This document shows positions 26,118 through 38,192 of a stretch of 64,000 nucleotides of DNA, piece after piece. Position numbers and translations under genes: made by a program. Source of the stretch: Octopus sinensis (lineage: Eukaryota). A model generated the notes under the pieces. It saw only the letters and a list, made by a program, of their open reading frames with translations, was not told the origin of the DNA and searched no databases. The DNA lies in the NCBI RefSeq assembly GCF_006345805.1, contig NC_043024.1, positions 19,530,001 to 19,594,000 of the forward strand. Reading direction: 5' to 3'. How positions within the stretch are numbered: position 1 is the stretch's first letter; every line of letters starts with the position of its first letter.

Positions 26118-26537
26118 ATGATCTTGTGGCATTTCCCTGTAATATTCCAATCATATATCTGTAGTACCAGAGCTATAATCGATCTAGTTTATTTATTGAT
26201 TTGTCCCCCCCCTCCAATATTCCTGGGATGTTCATAAGGGGTAAAGTGCTCAGCCACCTCTTCCGTAGAGTTTTATCATTAGACTCTCTTGCTGGATTTC
26301 CAAGCATGACCAATTGAAATGTCTTGTTCTTGGTCTACCTCAATGCCTCCTCTAGATTGGCCCAGTTTGTAGAATCTGTCTTGTGGTACTTTCCTGCAAC
26401 ATTCCAATCACATTTTTGCAGTACAAGAGCACTGCCTTATCTATTATGTGTATGATATGCAAATATAATTTATATATATATGTGTGTGTGTGGGTGTATG
26501 TATGTGTGTATGAATATATATATGTGTGTGTGTATAT

Positions 26538-26576
<39 letters not shown>

Positions 26577-26837
26577 AATATATATAATCTATATATATAA
26601 TATATATTATATATATATAATATATATATATATATAATATATATACATATACATATACATATATATCACATACGCACATTCGTCCATCAACATTCTCCAC
26701 CTGAGATTCCTGAGAAGGCTGTCGGGGTAGAATTCTCAGACACATCCTTTTCCAGAGTCCTATCAGAAGCAACCATTAACTGGATTTCCAAGCATCACCG
26801 ACTGAGACAATGGATATTATCCAACAGATATTATCAG

Positions 26838-27409
26838 AGGCGACGAGCTAGCAGAAACGTTAGCACACCGGGTGAAATACTTAGCAGTATTTCGTCTGCC
26901 GCTACGTTCTGAGTTCAAATTCCGCCAATGTCGACTTTGCCTTTCATCCTTTCGGTATTGATTAAATAAGTACCAGTTATGCACTGGGATCGATATAATC
27001 GACTTAATCTGTTTGTCCTCTCTGTGTTTAGCCCCTTGTGGTTAGTAAAAAATAGGTATTTCGTCTACCGCTATGCTCTGTGTTCAAATTCCGCCATGGT
27101 TGACTTTGCCTTTCATCCTTTCAGGGTCGATTAAGTAAGTACCAGTTATGCACTGGGGTCGATATAGTCGACTTAATCCATCTGACTGTCCCTATTTGTC
27201 CCTACTGTTTTTAGCCCTTTGTGGGTAGTAAATAAATAGGTATTTTGTCTGGGTTCAAATTCCGCCGAGGTTGACTTTGCCTTTCATCCTTTCGGGGTCG
27301 ATTAAATAAGTACCAGTTACACACTGGGGTTGATATAATCGACTTAATCTATTTGTCTGTCCTTATTTGTCCCTTCTGTGTTTAGCCCCTTGTAGGTAGT
27401 AAAGAAATA
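26838..27409 (+). mobile_element. SINE family C trimer with 12-bp TSD
   Basis: One full unit plus two headless units; ggatattatcca at 26812-26823 and 27410-27421 (approximate). Confidence 0.85.
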
Positions 27410-27497
27410 GGATATTATCCAGCCATTTCATTCTTGGTTTACTCTTAGGTCTCTTGCTTACTGACTTGATTAAAAGAATCTAATATGCATATAAACA

Positions 27498-27778
27498 TCG
27501 TCGCCTTACTGACACCTGTGCCGGTGGCACGTGTAAAAAGATTCGAGCGAGGTCATTACCAGTACTGCCTGACTGGCCCCCATGCCAGTGGCACATAAAA
27601 AGCACCCACTACACTCTCGGAGTGGTTAGCATTAGGAAGGGCATCCAGCTGTAGAAACTCTGCCATATCAAGGTTGGAGCCTGGTGCAGCCATGTGTTTC
27701 ACCAGCCCTCAGTCAAAATCGTCCAACCCATGCTAGCATGGAAGGCGGATGTTAAACGATAATGATGATGATAATGAT
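27498..27778 (+). mobile_element. RTE 3' UTR fragment, family D variant
   Basis: attaggaagggcatccagctgtagaaac ... catgctagcatggaaggcggatgttaaacgataatgatg. Confidence 0.8.
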
Positions 27779-27823
27779 CTATCTATTTTGACCCTTATTC
27801 CTAAGAAAGTCATTGGTGTAGAT

Positions 27824-28042
27824 CAGTGCTTTTCAAACTTTTTGCTGGAGCGGAACCCCAAGGAAACATTCCACTGGCTCGAGGAACCCCTGTGCAATAA
27901 TTTAATAGTCTTATGCACACATATCTGCACAGGAGAATAAAAAATTACTGCCGATTTTAGCAGTTTTGTAACTTTTTGCAGAACCCCTGCACTGTACTGG
28001 CGGAACCCTAAGGTCCCGCAGAACCCTGGTTGAAAACCACTG
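27824..28042. mobile_element. hAT (Charlie-type) MITE
   Basis: TIRs CAGTGCTTTCAAAC ... GTTGAAAACCACTG; 8-bp TSD gtgtagat/gtgtagag, close to the Charlie NTCTAGAN preference. Confidence 0.9.
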
Positions 28043-28559
28043 GTGTAGAGACTGTAAGCATCTCCTGCATAGGCCCCTATCAGAAGCACTTCTCACCAGA
28101 TTTTCCTGCTGGATTTCCAACCATGACCAACTAGGACTATAGATATTATCCACTCATCTCGCTCTTGGTGTGCCCTTGTGTCTCCTGCCACTTGGCTCAG
28201 CTTGAAGAAGCTTGTACTTTCATAAACATGTGTATCCATCCATCTATTTTGTCTGCCCACTATTCCTGGTAAAATCATGGGGGTAAAGTGTTTAGGCATG
28301 TCCCCTATGGGGTCCTATCAGAGGCAGCTGTCGTTTCCCTTTCTGGTTGGGTTCCTGAATGGGATTAATTGAGATTACGTATATTATCCAACCATCTCAT
28401 TTTTGGAAGGGCAGAAAACTAGAGTATTTCCAATGCAGCATTCAAACCAAGCTACAACAGACCCAGGCCTACCAAAATCTTCTTAGTAGATTTGGTAGAT
28501 TGAAAACTGAAGCAAGCCTGTTGTATGTGAACGTGTGTACGTGTGTGTGAGTGTGTGTG

Positions 28560-28686
28560 CACATAGATACATATATGATAATAGTGATGATGCTGATAAT
28601 GGCTGTAATGATGATAACGGTGATGATGATGATGATGGCGATGATGATGATGATGGCGATGATGATGGCGATGATGATGATGATGT

Positions 28687-28726
<40 letters not shown>

Positions 28727-28794
28727 GATGATGATGGCGATGATGATGATGATGGCGATGATGATGGCGATGATGATGATGATGATGATGATGT

Positions 28795-28825
<31 letters not shown>

Positions 28826-29010
28826 GATGATGATGGCGATGATGAGGAAGAAGATGATAAGAATGGTGGTGATAGTGGTGAGGATGTTGATGATGATGAT
28901 GATGGCGATGATGTTGATGATGATGATGATGGCGATGTTGAGGAAGAAGATCAAAAGAATGGTAGTGATAGTGGTGAGGAAGATAAGAATGGTGATGATG
29001 ATGATATCCT
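28560..29010. repeat. (GAT/GGC/GAA) compound trinucleotide minisatellite
   Basis: Direct reading; the poly-Asp/Met ORFs are read-throughs of it. Confidence 0.95.
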
Positions 29011-29219
29011 GGATTTCTGCAGTGATGTCAGCATCTACATTATTGTTTTCTGATATTGATGCAAGAATATTTGATGGTGTTTTCAATAGAGTAAGAATTC
29101 TGGGATATACAAAGCAAGCTGTCGCATCATGTTCTCTGATTTATTTGCTGTTTTGTTTTGTTTTGTTCTTTCTTTGTTTTTCTCTGCTGAGGACATTATA
29201 AATGATTTCTCTCTTTTTA

Positions 29220-29453
29220 ATCTTTTACTTGTTTCAGTCATTTGACTGCAGCCATGCTGCAGCACTGCCTTTAGTCGAGCAAATCGACTGCAGGACTTAT
29301 TTATTTCTCTTAAGCTTGGGATTTATTCTATTGGTCTCTTTTGCTGAACCGCTAATTTATGGGGACGTAAACACAGCACCAGTGGTTGTCAAGCGATGTT
29401 GGGGGGACAAACACAGACACACAAACACATACACACAAACACATACACACATA

Positions 29454-29495
<42 letters not shown>

Positions 29496-29658
29496 CGACG
29501 GGCTTCTTTCAGTTTCCATCTACCAAATCCATTCACAAGGCTTTGGTCGGCCCGAGGCTATAGTAGAAGACACTTGCCCAAGGTGCCACGCAGTGGGACT
29601 GAACCTGGAACCATGTGGTTGGTAAGCAAGCTACTTACCACACAGCCACTCCTACACC
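29220..29658 (-). mobile_element. SINE family B
   Basis: Both halves and the internal tract are present. Confidence 0.9.
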
Positions 29659-29781
29659 TACGTTAAATGATGATGATGATGGTGATGACGAATTTTGTTC
29701 TTATGAAAGTGGTGTTTGAAACACACATTCTATCAACATTTCATGTTAATTTATGTTGCAAACACCACTTTCATAACAAAA

Positions 29782-29784
<3 letters not shown>

Positions 29785-29816
<32 letters not shown>

Positions 29817-30060
29817 TTAAGATCCGTTTTCCATGCTGGTATGGGTTGGACTGTTTGACTAAAAACTGGTCAGCTGGGAAGCTTTACCAGGTTCCAGTCT
29901 GATTTGGCAAGATTTCTACAGCCAGATGCCCTTCCCAACACCGACCACTTCAAGTGTGTAGCAGGTGCTTTTTACATGTCACTGGCACAAGTGACAGTTA
30001 TGCCAGCACTGGCATCGGCCACAAGCGCAATCTCACTTGGCTTGACAGGTATTCTCAAGA
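29785..30060 (-). mobile_element. RTE 3' UTR fragment (older family D)
   Basis: (CAT)n followed by tttaagatccgttttccatgctggtatgggttggac ... gatgcccttcccaacaccgacc. Confidence 0.75.
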
Positions 30061-30069
30061 ATGATATAT

Positions 30070-31250
30070 TACCAAAGTTATTCCACTGAATTTAAACCTT
30101 CCATCAAAATTAATTTAAATTCCAAACACCAGATTAATAACGACAAAGTTATTTTACTAAATTCCTCATTATTTTCAAAATTATCTGAACTCTTGGCAGA
30201 CTATTTCAACAGAAATATGGTAACAAAATGATTAACCTTTTATTGTGCCGGTGGCACGTAAAAGGCACCATCCGAACATGGTCGATGCCAGCACCGCCTT
30301 GACTGGCTTCTGTGCCGGTGGCACGTAAAAAGCACCATCCGATCGTGACCGCTACCAGACTCTCCTGGCACCTGTGCTGGTGGCACATAAAAAGCACCAT
30401 CCGATCATGACCGCTACCAGACTCCCCTGGCACCTGTGCTGGTGGCACGTAAAAAGCACCAACTACACTCACGGAGTGGTTGGCGTTAGTAAGGGCATCC
30501 AGCTGTAGAAACACTGCCAGATCAGACTGGAGCCTGGAGCAGCCTCCTGGCTTCCCAGACCCCGGTTGAACCGTCCAATCCGTGCTAGCATGGAAAACGG
30601 ATGTTAAACGACGATGATGATGATGATGATGATGTACAACCCTCGGTTGTATGATGCCAATTCCCTGTTTTAATATGATCTGAATTAAAACCTTCTATGA
30701 AGAACTGATGTTAATTTATGTTCGAAACATTACCTTCATAAGAACAAAGATATTTCACTAAAATCGTTGTTTTACGTCCATTTTCCATGCTAGCATGGGT
30801 TGAACAGTTCGACCGGGGTCTGGGAAGCCAGGAGGCTGCACCAGGCTCCAACCTGATCTAGCAGTGTTTCTACAGCTGGATGCCCTTCCTAACGCCAACC
30901 ACTCCATGAGTGCAGTGGGTGCTTTTTACATGCCACCAGCACAGGTGCCAGGGGAGTCTTCATTATTTTGAAAATTTTTTGAAACAAATGCAGTGTATTT
31001 CAACAGAAAAAAGTAACAAAACGGTTAACTCTTTTGGCACCAACCCACCTGATACACCATTGGTTCTATGAGACAAACTTCTTGCTTTAACATAATCTAA
31101 AAATCTTTCACCAAATTTCATGTTAATTTATTTTCTAGTTACCGGTTCCATAATGACAGAATTCTTTTATTAAATTCTGTTTTATTTTCGAAATTAATGC
31201 AAATAAAGGCAGTGATTTTCAACAGAAATATGGTGACAAAATGGTGAAGC
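30070..31250 (+). mobile_element. three decayed piggyBac-type family E MITEs interrupted by two family D fragments (30243-30634 +, 30768-30958 -)
   Basis: Family E right ends (ttcaacagaaa...gt[a/g]acaaaa) at ~30205-30237, ~31000-31028 and ~31218-31247; D tails and cores are evident. Confidence 0.7.
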
Positions 31251-31287
31251 CATCATTGATAAAAATATGCTTGAGAGCACCCGTAAA

Positions 31288-32280
31288 TCTCTATATATAA
31301 ACAGCAAAATATCTGTCTGTCTGTGTGTGTGTCCTTTATACAAATCCACAATTTTTCAGTTAGAGGGATCGTATTTTCTATGGTCATTCAAAACCGTCCA
31401 AGGGTGGTCGTGCACATCTTTACATTTCCCCAGTCACCCCGCAAAGCCATTTATCTCTCTATATATAAACGACAAAATGTCTGTGTGTGTGTCCTTTATA
31501 CAAATCCACAATTTTTCAGTTAGAGGGATCACACTTTCTATGGTCATTCAAAACCGTCCAAGGGTGGTCGTGCACATCTTTACATTTCCCCAGTCACTCC
31601 ACAAAGTCATTTATCTCTCTATATATAAACGACAAAATGTCTGTGTGTGTGTCCTTTATACAAATCTACAATTTTTCAGTTAGAGGGATCACACTTTCTA
31701 TGGTCATTCAAAACCGTCCAAGGGTGGTCGTGCACATCTTTACATTTCCCCAGTCACTCCACAAAGCCATTTATCTCTATATATATAAACGACAAAATGT
31801 CTGCGTGTGTGTCTTTTATACAAATCCACAATTTTCCAGTTAGAGGGCTCGCACTTTCTATGGTCATTTAAAACCGTCCAAGGGTGGTCGTGCACATCTT
31901 TACATTTCTCCAGTCACCCAGCAAAGCCATTTATCTCTATATATATAAACGGCAAAATGTCTGTCTGCATGTTTGTCTTTTATACAAATCCACAATTTTC
32001 CAGTTAGAGGGCTTGCACTTTCTATGGTCATTCAAAACCATCCAAGGGTGGCCATACACATCTTTACATTTCCCCAGTCACCCCGCAAAGCCATTAAAAA
32101 AATCAATAGAAGTAACTTTTTTGTGAATTTTCTATCCAAAACCCAATCAAAATGCCCGAAACTTGATACGCCAATTGAATGCCAGCTAGCTGTATGTGAT
32201 TGGTCGGAGATTTGGACAGTACAGACATGTATGTGCATGCACTAGCACTGTGACCCGGCGTTGCCACGTCATAGTGCTAG
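31288..32280 (+). mobile_element. non-autonomous Helitron with five tandem 160-bp 5'-end units
   Basis: Starts A|TCTCTATATATAA; units start near 31288, 31454, 31614, 31774 and 31934. 3' hairpin actagcactgtgac/gtcatagtgctagt ends CTAG|T. Confidence 0.8.
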
Positions 32281-32314
32281 TTTATATTATAACATTGAGC
32301 CAACTAATGATTTC

Positions 32315-32975
32315 TTTTATCTTTTACTTGTTCTAGTCATTAGCCTCTGGCCATGCTGGGGCACTGCCTTGAATTTTAGTTGAATGAATTGACTCCAGGA
32401 CTTATTTTTTCTTTTAAGCTTGGTATTCATTCTAATGGTCTCTTTTGCTGAACCACTTAGTCACAGGGATATAACCACATCAATACAAGTTGTCAAGTGG
32501 TGATGGGCACAAACACAGACACAAAGAAACACACACCACACACACACACAAACACATACATATGTGTGTGTATGTATATATTCTTTTTATTCTTTTATTC
32601 TTTTACTTGTTTCAGTCATTTGACTACAGCCATGCTGGAGCACCACCTTTAATTGAACAAATCAACCCCAGAACATATTCTTTGTAAGCCTAGTACTTAT
32701 TCTATCGGTTTCTTTTGCTGAACCGTTAAGTTATAGGGATGTAAACACAGCAATATTGGTTGTCAAGCGATGGTAGAGGGACAAACACAGACACACACAC
32801 ACACATATATGTGTATATATATATATATATATACGACGGGCTTCTTTCAGTTTCCGTCCACCAAATCCACTCACAAAGCTTTGGTCGACCTGAGGCTATA
32901 GTAGAAGATGCCACACAATGGTACTGAACTCAGAACCATGTGGTTGGAAAGCAAGCTTCTTACCACACAGCCAAT
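32315..32975 (-). mobile_element. older B-related 3' half followed by a full SINE family B
   Basis: Two successive cttttacttgtt..agtcatt starts (~32321 and ~32620). Confidence 0.8.
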
Positions 32976-33039
32976 TCTGTGTCTTATTATATATATATAA
33001 TAATATATATATATATATATATATATAATTAGTATTAAA

Positions 33040-33240
33040 AAAATGGAGAAAAAGACAACAAGAAAAAACAACAGCACAAGGACTTAGTACAAGGACAAAG
33101 TATTAATGAGATGCTCAGAGAAGGAAAGAAAGAGTGGTTGTTTTATGTTTCGAGCATAGCTCTTCTTTGGAAATAGAAGACATAGGAAAGTCCAAAAGAA
33201 AAGGAAGAAGGAAGAAAAATGTTGTCAACAATCCGCATGT
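33040..33240 (-). mobile_element. Penelope-like terminal fragment with decayed hammerhead fold
   Basis: Reverse complement ttt-ccaaaga-a-gagc tat gctc-GAAAC-ata-aaa at ~33141-33173. Confidence 0.5.
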
Positions 33241-33449
33241 AGTTACATACAATGAGCCCCACTTCCAGTTTGTGTCTACCAAATTCATTCACAAGGCTTT
33301 AGTCAGCTTGGAGCTATAGTGGAAGACACTGGGACTGAACCTGAAACCTTATGGTTTGGAAACAAGCTTCTTATCACACAGCCATACATGTGACTTGTAA
33401 GAGAATTGTGTAGGCAGAAGCTGTGTGGAAACCCATCATGTATAAAAAT

Positions 33450-33753
33450 TCGTGTGTGTGTGTGTGTATATGTGCAGATTCATTTATCTGTATATATGTG
33501 TACGTATGTATATTTACATATATTATGTGTATGTATATATATATATATATGTATATGTATGTATATGTATATATATATATATGTATGTATATATATATAG
33601 ATATATATATATATATATATGTATGTATATATATAGTATGTATATAGAATGTAGTATATATATATGTATGTATATATATATATGTATGTATATATATATA
33701 TGTATGTAATATATATATGTATGTATATATATATATGTATGTATATATATATG

Positions 33754-33787
<34 letters not shown>

Positions 33788-33869
33788 TATGTATATGTAT
33801 GTATATATATGTATGTTATATATATATATGTATATGTATGTATATATATATATGTATATGTATGATATA

Positions 33870-33900
<31 letters not shown>

Positions 33901-33990
33901 GTATGCATATACATATATATATATATATGTATGCATATATATATACATATATGTAAGCATATGTATATATGTGTGTGTGTATGTACATAT
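33450..33990. repeat. (TA)n/(TATG)n microsatellite
   Basis: Direct reading. Confidence 0.95.
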
Positions 33991-34363
33991 AATCATGCTA
34001 TATCTAAAACATTGAGTCTAACCTTTAATCCAGTCTCCATTTGTCTCCTCTGTTATGATTCCATGACAACTAAAAATATTTCTCTGTTATTTTTGGTTTC
34101 AGACTCTTAAAAAAACATATTTTTGATGGGACTTGATTAATACGTATATATATATATTTTCTTTTCTTTTTTTATATTCTCAACTTGTACTAAAAACTCT
34201 AAAAGTAACACATAAATTCCTTATTTTATTGACCTGGGATTAAAAATAAGCAAAGATGACTCAGCTGGATTTGATCTCAGAACTGAAGCAAATGCAATGG
34301 AATTTAGCAGAACAACCTTTTTGACACCAACCTGCTTGATCCCTTTTCTGGTTCTTTGATACA

Positions 34364-34772
34364 AGTGGCTGTGTGGTAAGTAGCTTGCTAACCAGCCACA
34401 TGGTTCCGGGTTCAGTCCCACTGCGTGGCATCTTGGGCAAGTGTCTTCTGCTATAGCCTCATCTGACCAATGCCTTGTGAGTGGATTTGGTAGACGGAAA
34501 CTGAAAGAAGCCTGTCGTATATATGTATATATATATATATATATATGTGTGTGTATATGTTTGAGTGTTTGTGTTTGTCCCCCTAGCATTGCTTGACAAC
34601 CGATGCTGGTATGTTTACGTCCCCGTCACTTAGCGGTTCAGCAAAAGAGACCGATAGAATAAGTACTGGGCTTACAAAGAATAAGTCCCGGGGTCGATTT
34701 GCTCGACTAAAGGCGGTGCTCCAGCATGGCTGCAGTCAAATGACTGAAACAAGTAAAAGAGTAAAAGAGTAA
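34364..34772 (+). mobile_element. SINE family B
   Basis: Near-consensus copy. Confidence 0.9.
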
Positions 34773-34825
34773 TAAAACTGCATGAAAATTTCATGCTATC
34801 TTATGTTCCAAACACTAGTTTAGTA

Positions 34826-35500
34826 ATGGTTTCAAATTTTGGCACAAGGCCAGCAATTGGAGAAATGGATAAGTTGATTAAATTAACCCTAGTGCTCTAT
34901 TAGTCGTAATTTTAACAACTCTGAAAGGATGAAAGAGAAAGTCGACTTCAGCGGAATTTGAACTCGGAATGTAAAGACAGATAAAATGCTGCTAAACATT
35001 TTTCCTGTCATAGTATTGATTCTGTTAGCTTTAAGCATCAACTTAATAACGGTTTCAAATTTAGGCACTAGGCTAGCAATTTCAAGAGATGGGGTTAATT
35101 TGATTATATTGACCCCAGTTTACAACTCATACTTATTTTATTGAGCTCCAAGGGATGGAGGGCAAAGTTGACTGTGGGTGCTAATGGGTTAACTCATTAG
35201 CACCCATGGTCCATTTTTTAGGACCAGAAGGATAATCCTTCTGCAACTCCTGTAATTTTCTGAGATATCTTAAGTTGGTCATCAAGACTGGAATTTTCTT
35301 TCAAATATTGTAATAAATTTTTTTTTATTTATTGAGTATCAGATAAAGTTGTATAAAAAAAGATTTTTGGTGTTAAATTAAGTAAAAAACTTTTGGCACT
35401 AATGGGTTAAACTCAGAATGTAAAGACAGATGAAATATTGCTAAGCATCTTGTCCATTTTGGTAACAATTCTGTCAGCTCACCACCTTAAGCACAAGCTT
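34826..35500 (-). mobile_element. two SINE C2 copies in tandem, the second split by a MITE
   Basis: Both begin ggtttcaaattt(t/a)ggcac on the + strand (34828 and 35051); the second resumes actcagaatgtaaagac at 35411. Confidence 0.7.
35193..35406. mobile_element. piggyBac-type MITE (family H)
   Basis: TTAA|CTCATTAGCACC ... GGCACTAATGGG|TTAA. Confidence 0.8.
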
Positions 35501-35754
35501 AATAATGACAGTTAATTTGCTGAATTCTTTGTTTGTTTTAAAATTATTTGAAACCAAATTAGTGTAGTTTAATAGAAATATGGTAACAAAATGTGTTTTT
35601 CATTTAAATTGAGCTGTTAGCAGTTTGAAGGTCTTGAATTCTTCAATTAAAAAATGAATAAAGAAAAATCTGGTATGGACCAGATTTATCAGATGTTCTT
35701 ATACATTCTTTGTCATGTAACAAAAGGGAAGTGTGTTAATTAGGCTTATTGTTC

Positions 35755-36160
35755 CTGCAAGACCTGGACACTAAAAAAAGCTGACTAGAAGAGAATTAAT
35801 GCATTCGAGCTTTGGTGTTGGAGAAGACTTTTACGGATTCCATGTACAGCGAGGCTCACCAATGGAGAAGTTCTTAAGCAGATAAGGCCGAAAATGTTGC
35901 TAGAAGCTGGGATCACCAAGCATAGATTGGCGTATTTCGGTCATATTATGCGGCGAAAATCCCTGGAGAAGGACATCATGCTCAGAATGGTCAGTGGCAA
36001 GAGAGGAAGAGGCCAACCAAGAACCCGCTGGCTTGACACCATCAAGAGTGATACCGGAATGGACATGGCCAATCTGAAGGAAGCGGCCCAGGATAGAACT
36101 GACTGGAGGACACTGATCCAATGAGTAACTGAGAGTCGACTTCGACTGAGCAGATAGAGA
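35755..36160 (+). mobile_element. RTE/BovB-like LINE 3' fragment
   Basis: TWTLKKAD*KRINAFELWCWRRLLRIP...KHRLAYFGHIMRRKSLEKDIMLRMVSGKRGRGQPRTRWLDTIKSDTGMDMANLKEAAQDRTDWRTLIQ*VTESRLRL; stops present. Confidence 0.9.
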
Positions 36161-37012
36161 GAGTTCCTGCATCACGGTCACCAAATGTAGTAGGTTTGAA
36201 TGGACAAGATGTTTAGCAATATTTCATCCGTCTTTACGTTCTGAGTTTAAGCCATTAGTGCCAAAAGTTTTTTTCTTTAATTTATCACTGATATATAACT
36301 GCAGCAGTAATCCAATGCAACAGGTTGCATAAATGTAAAGATTAGTTGAAGTTGTGAGATGACAATTAAAAGAGAGACCGAAAAGAGAATTGTTATTTGA
36401 TGATAGTAATACAAAGCTTGGTAGTAGTAATTGGAGTGACAATGACAATGGTGTTGCTTGCATGCTCTTAGTGTGTGTGTGTGTGTGTGTGTGTTTAAGA
36501 CAACTTAATGGTCTGCTGTAGGTAGTGGGTAGCAATTTTCTTAACTACTTCAAGGAGTGACAACCCTGCCTGACATGAGTCCTAGGCTCAGCTGGCTCTG
36601 GCTGAGTATACCCGGTATGGGCCCTTATCCAGGGTTATGGAAAGGAGACAACCTTCAAAGAAATCTGGAGTAGAGTTGACACTCTTCTGGCAGCTCCTGC
36701 AACCAAGCTGGTGCCAAACGTAATGCTCTGCACTCCTTTGGACTACGTCAGCAAGGTTGAGAGAGGAATCCTGACGATTGGGCTACCCAGGTTTTTCTTA
36801 CATCTAGCCCGGGCCTGTGCAAGTCTGGAGAGGAAGCTGGAGAGGACAGGAAATGTAAAAACCAGACTGGATTAGTTTATGCGCATCTCCATTGTCTCCC
36901 GAGACAAAAGGATGCTAACAACAACAATGGTCTGCTGCTACCAAGAGAAAAAGGGCAAGAATTGTGTTGTCCCTTTTCATTTGGCCAGAAATGCTTTCGG
37001 TTAGCAGGTAAA

Positions 37013-37429
37013 GGCGGCGAGCTGGCAGAAATGTTAGCACGCCAGGCGAAATGCTTAGCGGTATTTCGTCTGCTGCTACGTTCTGAGTTCAAATTCCGCC
37101 AAGGTCGACTTTGCCTTTCATCCTTTCGGGGGTCAATAAATTAAGTACCAGTTATGCACTGGTGTCGATATAATCGACTTAATCCATTTGTCTGTCCTCA
37201 TTTGGTCCCTCTGTGTTTATCTCCTTGCGGGCATTAAAGAAATAGGTATTTCATCTGCTTCTACGTTCTGAGTTAAAATTCTGCCGAGGTCGACTTTGCC
37301 TTTCATCATTTTGGGGGTCAATAAATTAAGTACCAGTTACGCACTGGGGTCAATCTAATCAACTTAATCCGTTTGTCTGTCCTCGTTTTTCCCGCCTGTG
37401 TTTAGCCCCTTGTGGGCAGTAAAGAAATA
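37013..37429 (+). mobile_element. SINE family C dimer with TSD
   Basis: ggttagcagg at 36999-37008 and 37430-37439. Confidence 0.9.
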
Positions 37430-37769
37430 GGTTAGCAGGCAAATGCCAGAGAGAGTGAAACAAACCTTTCATTCATTTAAATAAGGTTTGGCAAAGAAGT
37501 AGGTCAATGCTAAAACAAAGTATTGACCTTTCCGTGCACTCCCAAAGATCTCAGAGGTCACTTGATTCTCAACAATCTCACAGCACAGAGAAAAAGTGAC
37601 AAAGACCCAGACATTCGTCTTACAAGCAACAGAAAATATGGATTTAGTTTCAAATCCCAAATAAGCAGAGGGAAACGATCTCCCAGAGCCATGAGGCATG
37701 ATGCAGTGTTTTAGCTTTTAAATGATGCCAACCCAATGGCAAGGTGAGCCAGCCAACACTGTATTTTCA

Positions 37770-37889
37770 CCGAACTGCTAAGTTATGGATATGTAAACAT
37801 ACCAACATCAGTTGTCAAGCGATGGTGTGAGGTCAATTACAGACACATAAACACATATATGTGTGTATATAGATAGATATATATATTTG

Positions 37890-37931
<42 letters not shown>

Positions 37932-38095
37932 TATATATGCATATGTAGGATGGGCTTCTTTCAGTTTCCGTCCACCAAATCCACTCACAAGACTTTGGTC
38001 TGCCTGAGGCTTTAGTAGAAGACACTTGCCCAAGGTGCCATGCAGTGGGAATGAACCTGGAACCATGTGGTTGTAAGCAAGCTACTTACCACATA
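37770..38095 (-). mobile_element. SINE family B, 3'-truncated
   Basis: ccgaactgctaagttatgg ... ggaaccatgtggttgtaagcaagctacttaccac. Confidence 0.85.
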
Positions 38096-38151
38096 GCATA
38101 TACATATATATTATATATATATTATATATATATATATTAATATATACTTAC

Positions 38152-38192
<41 letters not shown>

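Larger units (their letters stand above)
24886..28420 (-). mobile_element. cluster of about six short, decayed 3' ends of a Rex3/Expander-like RTE, same orientation, with younger insertions
   Basis: Recurring cctatcaga marker at ~25370, 25656, 26759, 28075 and 28313, with remnants at 24965 and 26262. Minus-strand peptides RRTRGRSRTRWSDNIH and DNIYSPSWSWLEIQQENL..SDRGL; ccatccat (GATG tail) at several unit ends. Confidence 0.6.

Noticed and set aside
28469-29201. Poly-Asp/Met/Ile ORFs, and poly-His/Ser ORFs at 52452-52985
   Set aside because: Trinucleotide arrays open in several frames, with no splice or homology support.
31288-32090. CRISPR-like array
   Set aside because: 160-bp full-unit tandem repeats without unique spacers, in a eukaryotic context with Helitron termini. 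The 13-14 kb subrepeats are likewise LINE UTR.
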